From Octopus sinensis (lineage: Eukaryota): a stretch of DNA of 64,000 nucleotides. Below the pieces are notes generated by a model. The model saw only the letters and a list, made by a program, of their open reading frames with translations. It was not told where the DNA came from and searched no databases. The stretch covers positions 183,954,001-184,018,000 of the forward strand of contig NC_042997.1 of the NCBI RefSeq assembly GCF_006345805.1, written 5' to 3'. Below, in pieces: positions 23,301 to 35,300 of this stretch (position 1 is its first letter; every line of letters begins with the position of its first letter). The translations under genes and the position numbers were made by a program.

Positions 23301-26300
23301 GTTGCCTTCCACATATTGAGTGATCCCAGTTAGTAGCAAAATACTTGTTGCATTCTAAGTTTGGTGGTGTGTTACTTCTGAAATACTATATTTCAGTGGT
23401 CTGTCTTTAGTGGCTGATTGAATTCTAAGATCTCATGTTTGCTTATCAATATTCTACAGGAGGCAGCGAACTGGCACAATTGTTAGCAAGCCTGAGAAAA
23501 TGTCTAGCAGCATCTTGTCCATCTGTACATCCAAAGTTCAGATACCACCAATGCTCTCTTTCTATTTTGATATTAGCTGGACTTTGTTGTTTCCATTGTT
23601 TTCTGTCTCTGGATTTCTTATTTATGTTGTCCTTGGAAACAGAACTTAAGAACATGTGTTTATAGAAGTTAAAATATTGGTTTCAAATTTTGGCACAAGG
23701 CCAATAATTTCAGGCAAGGGAGCAAGTCAATTACATCAGCCTCAATGTTAACTGGTACTTATTTTTTTGACCCTGAAAAGATCGCAGGCAAAGTTGACCT
23801 TGGCAGATTTTGAACTCAGAACATAAATTCACCCAGCATGCTAGTGATTCTGCCAGCTTGCCACCATTATAGAGGTTAAAATATTAAAGATTTATTTGAA
23901 TAAAAAAAATGTACCAATTGGTTTTAGGGGTAACATGTTTGGTTTCATGAAGCCTTTCCAAACCTTTTATGAAGATTTTTTGTTTGAAATTCTCACCTGA
24001 TAAACATATAGTAGAACTAGCAGTATCACCCGGCATTGCTTGGGTTTGTTTCGACCATTTAGAATTGGAATTTTTGAAAAGTAAAAATTGTGCATTATGT
24101 AGCTTGTTATTCTCTTTAAGTGAACATTTTTCTCGTTGAAATACACCGAAAGATGGCGACACAGCAGTAAAAAAATCGTAAAAAAATAGGGATTTTCATA
24201 GAAAAAAAAGCACCTTTTTGATGTAAATAATTTTTGGCGTTAACATGGTCTGATTTGAATTTTTTTTTCTACAGAAGGAAGAGCAAGCCTTCTATCATAC
24301 TCTCAATTTTGGACAACTTGCGCCGCAGGGTGTCGGAGGAGATAGCGTTAGTTGAAGGCTACCAAACCTGCCATACACAGACAACTTCAGCTTTATATAT
24401 ATAGATATACTGATTTGTAAATGGTCTACATAAATGACAGTATCTCATATTAAGCAGTTAAAAAATTGTAAAGGACTGGAGGCTAGCAGTTAGATGAATT
24501 AGCAGAAATGTTCCATTTTTATTATTTTGCAGATTTATTTTTGTTTTCAACTTGAAGCTATAATTTGTCTTTTCAGATAAGAGTTCTTAGTTGTGATACT
24601 GATGTACATATAAAAAGTCAAGGTGAAACTATTCACATTCTTCAACAACAATTAGAAACAGCTGAAATTGAAATTAAACAACTGAGTGAACAGTTAAAAA
24701 ACGCAAAGGATTCTTTTAAAGTTGAGATTTTGCAGAAGGATGAAGATATTTGGTGATTAACTTTGCTTTATTTTCAGCTTCTTTCATAGCATGGGAGAAA
24801 AGGAAAGCAAAATTTTACATTTCAATTTTATCATTAATTAGAAAAACTCCTGCTATCTACGATTTATTCCATGGTGCTCTATTGCCACTAATCCTGACTA
24901 TCTAGCACATATAAAATTCTGTTTATTTGTCAAAATGTTGGTGATCCCACTGCATCTTTTGTATATATATCTAATGTGCTTACTTAATATCCCATGTCAG
25001 AGTCCTGTATTCTCTCTTTACTACACATTGAACCAAGTCAATTCCCATCTAGCACCTGGAATTACTATTTGCAGTTAATTATTAGCATTTTATTGGCACT
25101 TTTCTCTTAACTTTTATGCCTTTAGATCCTAGAAGAGGATCTTCCAATGTTGTTGTTTAGCTCTAACTGTGACCATCCTAATTGTGACCATATATATCAG
25201 TTGTTATACTGACCAGTATCTCCATTTTTTAAGATGGCAAGCTGTAATTTGAAAGGGAGATTTGGTTCTTATTCTGCAATGAGAATTCAACCATTTTCTA
25301 AAATGTTCTTTCTAATTTAAAAAAATTACTAGCATTGCACGGGTTTGTTTTGACCCTTTAGAATTGGAATTTTTGAAAAGTAAAAATTTTGCATTATGTA
25401 GCTTGTTATTCTCTTTAAGTGAACATTTTTCTCGTTGAAATACATAAAAAAATGGCGACACAGTAGTAAAAAAATCATAAAAAATAGGGATTTTCATAGA
25501 AAAAAAATTCACCTTTTTGATGTAAATAATTTTTGGTCTTAACATGGTCTGATTTGAATTTTATCTTCTATGGTCCGATTTGAATTTTTCTTCTACAGAA
25601 TGAAGAGCAAACCTTCTATCATACTCTCAATTTTGGTCAACTTGCGCCGCAGGGTCTCGGAAGAGATAGTGTTAGTTGAAGGCTACCAAACCTGCCGCAC
25701 ACAGACAACTTCAGCTTTATATATATATAGATTTTGTTTTTCTTGTTTAATCCCATACCAGGAATTGGTCCAGCAAACTTATAATCAAAGGCATTCCTGA
25801 TATGACCATACCATTTTATATTTTTTTATCAATAACTACGAGCTGTACGAGCCATGTAGAGGAACGCTGTTAGTAAGGTGAGGGTTGGCAACGAGTACAG
25901 TGAAGAATTCCGGGTAGAGGTTGGGGTCCACCAAGGTTCAGTCCTCAGCCCCCTCCTATTTATCATAGTCCTCCAAGCAATAACGGAGGAATTCAAGACA
26001 GGTTGCCCCTGGGAGCTCCTCTATGCTGATGACCTTGCCCTAATTACTGAGTCACTATCAGAACTGGAGGAGAGGTTTCAGGTGTGGAAGCAAGGATTAG
26101 AATTGAAGGGCCTTAGAGTCAACCTAGCTAAAACCAAAGTTCTAATAAGTAGGAAGGTAGACAAATCACAAACATCCTCAGGTAGATGGCCCTGCTCGAT
26201 CTGTAGGAAAGCTGTAGGTAGAAAATCTATAAGATGCACCAAGTGTAAGCTATGGACACATAAGAGGTGCAGCAATGTCAAAGGAAGGCTAACTAGGAAA

Positions 26301-29300
26301 ATAGTTTTTCTTTGTGGCAGATGCTCAGGAGCAATAAACACTGAAAATGTGCAGAGACCAACTTCTACCACATTCCAGGGAGAAAAACTAGAAGTAGTTG
26401 ATAGCTTCCGCTACCTAGGTAACCAAGTCAGTAGCGGGGGTGGGTGTGCTGAAAGTGTAACTGCTAGAGTAAGAATAGCTTGGGCAAAGTTCAGAGAGCT
26501 CTTACCTCTGCTGGTGACAAAAGGCCTCTCGCTCAGAGTAAAAGGCAGATTGTATGACGCATGTGTACGAACAGCTATGCTACATGGCAGTGAAACATGG
26601 GCCGTGACTGCTGATGATATGCGTAAGCTTGCAAGAAATGAAGCCAGTATGCTCCAATGGATGTGTAATGTCAGTGTTCATACTCGACAGAGTGTAAGTA
26701 CTTTGAGAGAAAAGTTGGACCTAAGAAGCATCAGTTGTGGTGTGCAAGAGAGACGTTTGCGCTGGTATGGTCATGTGGCGAGAATGGATGAAGATAGTTG
26801 TGTGAAAAAGTGCCACACCCTAGCGGTTGAGGGAACCTGTGGAAGAGGTAGACCCAGGAAAACCTGGGATGAGGTGGTGAAGCACGACCTTCGAACTTTA
26901 GGTCTCGCCGAGGAAATGACTAGAGACCGAGACCTTTGGAAGTATGCTGTGCGTGAGAAGACCTGGCAGGACAAGTGAGGCCATAATCCCGTGGCCTATA
27001 CCTGTGATGTAGCCAGCCCACTTATGCATTCCTTTCCTTCTTGGGACACAAAACTCCACTTGTGAAGACCTGTTGAGGCAAGTGAAAATCAAAATCAAAA
27101 TCGTAATCTGTCAACATCAATGGAATTTGTAGCTGTGATACCAGTGCCAGTGGCACATAAGAGAACCATCTGAACGTGGCTGTAGCCAGCGCCACCCAAC
27201 TGGCATCCGTGCCGGTGGCACGTAAAAAGCACCATCCGACTGTGGCCGTTGTCAGCTTCGTCTGGTCCCCATGCTGGTGGCACATAAAAAGCACCATCCA
27301 ATCGTGGGCGTTTGCCAGCCTTGTCTGGCACCTGTGCTGGTGGCACGTAAAAAGCACCCACTACACTCATGGAGTGGTTGGCGTTAGGAAGGGCATCCAG
27401 CTGTAGAAACACTGCCAGATCAGACTGGGCCTGGTGCAGCCTTCTGGCTTCCCAGACCCCAGTTGAACCGTCCAACCCATGCCAGAATGGAAAGCGGACG
27501 TTAAACGATGATGATGATGAACTACATTGACCAATCTATCCTGTTTTGGAAATTTTAAATGGTAGTATCTGATTTAAGGGAGATTTGGCTGCTATTTGTA
27601 GAATGTCAAAGAACTATCTAGAGGCTTCCTTGTTGGTTTCTCACTGGTCAGTTCTGAATGAGCAGATAATAATCCCAGGCCTTCCAGCTATTATCAGCTG
27701 ATATTTTTCTGGGTATTTTGTATCTACAAATATAATATTTATTGTGTCTCTCTGTTTGAGGGCAATTTAGTTGGCTGTTCCTCTCAAAATTTCAAGCAAC
27801 CATTACCATATATGATCGTGTGGGTGTTAGGGTGGTGAATTGGCAGAACCAGTCAAATGACTGAAGATCTGCAACGTGATATTTATTTATGTCCCTTGCA
27901 TTCTGAGTTCAAATCTCATCAAGGTTGACTTTATCTTTTTTTTGTTTTTCTGTGGCCAATAAAATAGGTACCAGTCAAGTATTGAAGTAAATATAGACTA
28001 TAATCTTCCCTTAAACTTTGTAGTCCATGTTTAACAGCTATAAGTTTGTACTTTGTTAATTTTTAAATATTTCATTTTCTTTATTTTTCTTTTCAGTTTT
28101 AAAAGCAGGGAAATCAAAAACTTAAATCAGCAGATACAACAGTTAAAGACATATATTGGTGACACTGAGAATGTGCCAAAATCTATAGAAATATTGGAAA
28201 CAGATAAAGAAGTGCTGCAAAGCAGAATAAAAGTATATACTCTATTTTACTCTTTTACTTGTTTCAGTCATTTGACTGCGGCCATGCTGGAGCACCGCCT
28301 TTAATCGAGCAACTCGACCCCGGGACTTATTCTTTTGTAAGCCCAGTACTTATTCTATCGGTCTCTTTTTGCCGAACCGCTAAGTAACAGGGACATAAAC
28401 ACACCAGCATCAGTTGTCAAGCAATGCTAGGAGGACAAACACAGACACACAAACACACACACGCACATATATATATACATATATACGACAGGCTTCTTTC
28501 AGTTTCCGTCTACCAAATCCACTCACAAGGCTTTGGTCGGCCCGAGGCTATAGTAGAAGACACTTGCCCAAGGTGCCATGCAGTGGGACTGAACCCAGAA
28601 CCATGTGGTCGGTAAACAAGCTACTTATCACGCAGCCACTCCTATGCCTATTCATATATGTATATTCAAGGTGCACATATACCGATTATGATGATGATAA
28701 TACCCTATTTCTACCAATTTCTCTATTTACTAACATAGTATATTGTTATATAACATCCATCCATCAGTTCATTCATCCATCTACCTATCCATCCATCTTC
28801 TCTGCCCACTGTTCTTGGCAAGGTCATTGGAGTAGAGTCCTCAGGTACCTCCTTCATAGAGTTCTATCAGATGCAACTGTCATTAAATTTTCCAGCAGGA
28901 TTCCCTAGTGTGACCAACTGCGATTTTGGATATTATCCAATCATCCTGTTCTTGATTTACTCCTAGGTCTCCTGCCAGTTGGCTATGCTTAAAGAATCTA
29001 TCTTACGATTCTTTCCTGCAACATTCTAATCACATGTCTGTAGTGTTGGAACAATGACCACTCAATGTGGAGAGGTAGCAGCTTTACCAGGAGTGACTCC
29101 CTGATCTTGGAGTTATCCTGTTGAGTAACATTACACTAGAAATCCTTCAAATGAGCTCCATTTTGGATGCTTGTATTCACAGTTGTACTCTTTCAGTCAG
29201 TACCCAAATTTATGACCCTAGGTGAGGATTGGCATGAAAACTGAATTGATAATAGCAAGTTTGGCTTTTTTTATCAACCGCTCCTATTAATAGATATACA

Positions 29301-32300
29301 AGTTTATTCTTTTATAATATTCAGCAAACATTCTGTTCCAGTTCATGAAATGTGCCACTGCATTCATTAATTGAAATATAGCAATTTGTTTGTTGGTTTG
29401 TTTTTCTCACAGGTAAATATTTGGAAAAGTAGACTAAAACTAAAATATTTTAGAAATATTAAATTTCTAAATATCTCAGAGAGATATAAGCAGTGGTGGA
29501 ATGATAGAGCAGTTGTATATTGTCAACTTAATGTGACAGTCCCATGAAGGGAATCACACCACCGCTATTTAGCCCTAGGAAGCATCAACGCTTCCTGTCG
29601 GCCTTGACACATTTCCTGTGTCCTTATGTTTACAAAGGGGAGACAAGCACCCCCATCCAGCTAAGCCTGCATCCAGAGACATGTTTCTGAGTCTTTGCTC
29701 GTCATCAGTCTGGAGTAGCCTGGCTTGCTAGCTGGCTGCAGATACTTGTCTAGAACTTGTAAATATATATAATTTCAGGGAAGTAAATTCACTGATCGCA
29801 AAAAAATAGAAATATTAAATTTCTAAATATCTCAGAGAAATATAAGCAGTGATGGAACGACAGAGCAGTTGTATACTGTCAACTTAACGTGACAGTATAC
29901 AACTGCTCTAAATTATTTTACTTATACATTTAATATTAAACATCACTTTAATCAATACATCTTGTTTAATGTGAAGAACAGATAGAGTGCAAATTAGTAA
30001 ACATGTATAAGTAATTAAGTTAGCTGCTTGCCAAGTGCACTGGGTACTTTTTTTGTGACACTGGCATGAGTGAAGGCTGTTAAGTAACTTGCAAGACAAG
30101 GGAAAAGAAGGCTCTGAGTAGGAGGTGATTTTATACCTGATGTTGAGAGGCTAAAATATGAGAGAGGTGACAAGATATATATTGCTACCTTGTATTAAAT
30201 AGGAGTGGGTGTGAGTAGCTGGAAAGAAGATACAGATGTTGGTGAAGAGGTGAAAAGGAAATCAGTGAGGATTGTGACTTCAGACAGTATTGAGCTGGGA
30301 AGGATGTTCTCATCCCTGGTTAATGATCATTCAACAACTGATGCTGGAATCAGAAGGAGTTAGACACCATAAAATTATTAACCATCTTACAAACAATAAC
30401 TCTGAGCACCTTTTCAAACTCCATCTGTCTAACACCCATGGACATGTTTACAAAGTCAGAAAACAGCAGAGCTCCCATGACTTTCGGAAACATTTTTTCA
30501 CGCTAAGAGTTGCTGAAGCATGGAACAAACTGCCGGCATCAGTTGTTAGTTGTCGGAGCACTGTATCCTTCAAAACTTCCATGCTTCCTGAGATTCGCCA
30601 ACACTATACCTGATTTTCTCCCCTCCATACTCACGCAAGCATGTATCTGACTCATACACTGTTCACTTTCCAGTCATTTGTACATTACTGCATATGCTTT
30701 ATACGCACTTTTGACAAGTTGTGGTGCACCTGAGCACTGTATACAATAATTTCATTATTATTATTATATATGATGCACATGAAATTCTATTAATCCTTTA
30801 GCATTAAAACTGGCCATACCTGGCCCAAATATTCTACCTGTTTTATGTTCACACTGGCCAGATCTGGCCTCTCACATCTATCCTACCATGTCATTCTAAA
30901 AATAAGCAATCGCATCATCAAAATCTTGATGTTATGAGATAATCATGATTATTTTAAAAGCATGTGAATAAACATGCATTACATTTGACAGAGTAATCTG
31001 AATGCTGAATATTATACCAAGTCAGTGACTCAAACAGAAATTTGTCTTGTTTTAAGGCAGTGAGCTGGCAGAATTGTTAGCACGCTGGGCGAAATGCTTA
31101 GCGGTATTTCGTCTGCTGCTACGTTCTGAGTTCAAATGCTGCCGAGGTTGACTTTGCCTTTCATCCTTTAGGGGTCGATTAAATAAGTACCAGTTACGCA
31201 CTGGGGTCGATATAATCGACTTAATCCGTCTGTCTGTCCTTGTTTGTCTCCTCTGTGTTTAGCCCCTTGTGGGTAGTAAAGAAATAGGTATTTTGTCTGC
31301 CGCGATGTTCTGAGTTCAAATGTTGCCGAGGTTGACTTTGCCTTTCATCCTTTCGGGGTCAATAAATTAATTACCAGTTACGCACTGGGGTCGATGTAAT
31401 CGACTTAATCCCTTTGTCTGTCCTTGTTTGTTCCCTCTATGTTTAGCCCCTTGTGGGCAATAAATAAATAAGAAATTTGTCTTATTTAAAATGCTACATA
31501 AATACAGTTCTTAAGCATTTAATACTGTTTTTTTGCCTGTTTTATTCTATAGATCCTTACAAAAGAGAAAGAGCATTTACAATCAAGCAATGATCTTTTG
31601 AAGATTCAGTTAACATCTATTAATGAAATCTTAACTTTACAAGAAGCAGAACTATCACAGGTTAGTTATTGTAATTCATCATTGTTACAAGATACACTTT
31701 TGTTTATCTCTAATTTTTAATGTGTTTATTAAAAACTAGCACTATGACCCGGCGTTGCATGCATATACAGCTGCGTGCATGCACACATACACGCGAGTAC
31801 TGTTCAAATCTCCGACCAATCACATACAGCTAGCTGGCATTCAATTGGCGTATGAAGTTTCAGGCATTTTGATTGAGTTTTGGATAGAAAATTCACAAAA
31901 AAGTCACTTCTATTGATTTTTTAATGGCTTTGCTGGGTGAATGGGGAAATGTAAAGATGTGCACGACCACCCTTAGATAGTTTTGAATTACCATAGAAAG
32001 TGCGAGCCCTCTAACTGAAAAATTGTGGATTTGTATAAAGGACACACACACAGACATTTTGCCGTTTATATATAGAGAAATATATAAATGTTCTATCTAA
32101 TTCATCATAGATATTTTTTGCTACATTTTTGTGAGTATACACCTATTTATGTGCTTTTGTGTGTTGAATATCTATTTTGTGGCAGAATATAGATTGTCAA
32201 TTGGCTGGAGGAAGGGGCACCATAATACTGTTCTGACACCTTCCAGTAGGTATTTAGTCTAAGATGTCCAAAGGAGCGAAAATGGCAGCTGTCATGCTTT

Positions 32301-35300
32301 TGTCTTATTCAGTTTAACAGAAAATTGACACCTAATTTGATTTTAATTGTCAAGGTGATCACTTTTAAATTATAAATACTCTTTTACTCTTTTACTTGTT
32401 TCAGTCATTTGACTGTGGCCATACTGGAGCACTGTCTTTAGTCAAGCAAATTGACCCCAGGACTTATTCTTTGTAGGCCTAGTACTTATTCCATCGGTTT
32501 CTTTTGCCGAACCGCTAAGTTACGTGGACGTAAACACACCAGCATCGGTTGTCAAGCGATGTTGAGGAGACAAACACAGACACACAAACATATACACACA
32601 CGTACATATATGTATGTACATATATATGACTGGCTTCTTTCAGTTTCCACCTACCAAATCCACTAACAAGGCTTTGGTTGACTCGAGGCTATAGTAGAAG
32701 ATACTTGCCCAATGTGCCATGCAGTGGGACTGAACCCGGAACCCTGTGGTTGGTAAACAAGCTACTTTCCACACAGCCACTCCTGCACCTAAATGATACA
32801 CTAAATGTGATCAAATTGAAAATTTACAAGAAGCCCATCATATATGTGTATATGTATATATATGTGTGTGTATGTTTGTGTGTTTGTGTTTGTCCCCTCC
32901 CAACATCGCTTGACAACCGATGCTGGTGTGTTTATGTCCCCGTAACATAGCGGTTCGGCAAAAGAGACCGATGAAATCAGTACTAGGCTTACAAAGTATA
33001 AGTCCTGGGGTCGATTTGCTCGACTAGAGGCGGTGCTCCAGCATGGCCGCAGTCAAATGACTGAAACAAGTAAAAGAAAAAGAAGAATTTAGGCTGTATC
33101 ATTATTGTAACATCATACACAAGGGGACAACAACTAGATTGTTCTTTTATGATACATGCAAGTAAATGAAAACAAACAAATGTCTGTGTACAGTTATGAA
33201 ATTCTCCTAATGTCCTGCTGTAGAAAGCTTGAATTAAAGCCTTCTTGCCTAAATGTCCTGATGAATTGAATGTGTCCAACTTCTCTCATTGGTCAATATT
33301 GTACTATTTCTATTGTGGCTGATTTTCTTCAATAGTGTTCTCTCAGCAAACTTGTTTTGTTCATTTCAGTTATCCTATACATATATACATATGCACATAC
33401 TCATGTATGTATGTGTGTGTGTGTGTGTGTGTACGTACGTATGTAGATGTAGGTATATACACATGTACACACATAAGTACATCATCATCATTATCATCAT
33501 CGTTTAGTGTCCATTTTCCATGCTAGCATGGGTTGGACAGTTCGACCGGGGTCTGGTAAGCCAGGAGGCTGCACCAGGCTCCAGTCTGATCTGGCAGTGT
33601 TTCTACAGCTGGATGCCGTTCCTAACGACAACCACTCCGTGAGTGTAGTGGGTACTTTTTACGTGCCACTGGCCCAGGTGCCAGGGAAGTCTGTCAATGG
33701 CCACGATTTGTTGGTGCTTTTTATGTGCCACCAGCACGGGTATCACAACTACAATTTCCATTTGATTTTTATTTTGATGTTCATGTAGTTGATTCAATAG
33801 GTCTCCTCAAGCACAGCAGGTCGCCTTATGATCCAAGGTAAGCACAGCAGGTCGCCTTATGATCCAAGGTAAGCACAGCAGGCCATCCTGTGATTCAAGG
33901 TACTTTGGATGGACTGGGGCTGCTATGTGAAGGCTGGGGCTTTGTATGTATATACATGCAAATGTGCATAGATATATATATGTGTGTACATATGTACATG
34001 GATAAGCACATACATAAGTACATATATGCATACACACATTCATATGTGTGGATGCATGTATACAAACATGCATGTGTGTGTGTGTTTGTGTGTGTGTGTG
34101 AGTGCATGCATCATTATATGTCATTTTCTAGTTTAATATTATGCAAATTTGCATTAATTGTTCATGTAATATTTTGTTTGATTTGTGTTCCAGTATAAAG
34201 CTAAATACCATGATAATGAACAAGATGAAATTTTACTAATTAAAAAGTAAGTATTTTAATATAATCAGTATTTTAATATAATAAGTGTATAAACATGTCA
34301 ATTCTGCTTAGACAGGCCTATGATCGGAGCACATTTTTTTCTTCAGACATTCTATGTTCTTCCTTGTTTTTTAAAGGCAGTATGCTTTGAGGATGATTTA
34401 GCTGTTCTTGTTTGAGAGTATTTATTGTATGCTGTACTATATTGTAGCAATAAAATGAAAATAGCAATAATACAATAAAAATACAACTGTCAGTTTGATT
34501 TCATCATCATCATCATCATCGTTTAATGTCCGCTTTCCATGCTAGCATGGGTTGGACGATTTGACTGAGGTCTGGCGAACCAGATGGCTGCACCAGACTC
34601 CAATCTGATCTGGCACAGTTTCTACAGCTGGATGCCCTTCCTAATGCCTACCACTCTGAGAGTGTAGTGGGTGCTTTTACGTGCCACCAGTACAAAGGCC
34701 AGTCAGGCGGTACTGGCAATGGCCACGCTCAAATGGTGCTTTTTATGTGTCACCTGCACAGGAACCAGTCCAGCGGCACTGGCAACGACTTCGCTTGAAT
34801 ATTTTTTCATGTGCCACCAGCACAAGTGCCAGTAAGGCGACACAGGTAATGATCACACACAAATGGTACTTTTTACGTGCCACCGGAACGGAGGCCAGCT
34901 TGTTACAGATACAGGATTTCCTCTCTGTCTCTTCTATAGCTACTGCATTAGCTTCAGCTCTTCTTACCTAGCTATTTACATACTCACTCACTTCACATCT
35001 TTCTTCCTCCGATCATTCTCACTGTATCTTAGCTCCTTTAGTTAGTTTAGTTTGACCATCTTCCTGAACATTTCAATGACTTCACATGAGCCAACATCCA
35101 TCATGGTCCCCCATGCATGTTCTTAATTCAACATTTGCCATGCCACTGCCAAATAGGGAAGAACTAAACAAATACTTCTTTGGCTTTTAGATGGAGAGAG
35201 AAGTTATTTTCTGTTATGGTCCAGCATAGATCAGCAGTAATTCAACAAGAAAATGATATTGTGAAGTGGAAAGAGAAGGTTGGTGACACTAATTTCTTTG

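Noticed and set aside
27140-27365. CRISPR array
   Set aside because: Eukaryotic context, no cas genes, spacers are related to each other, and the array is part of a LINE 3' UTR
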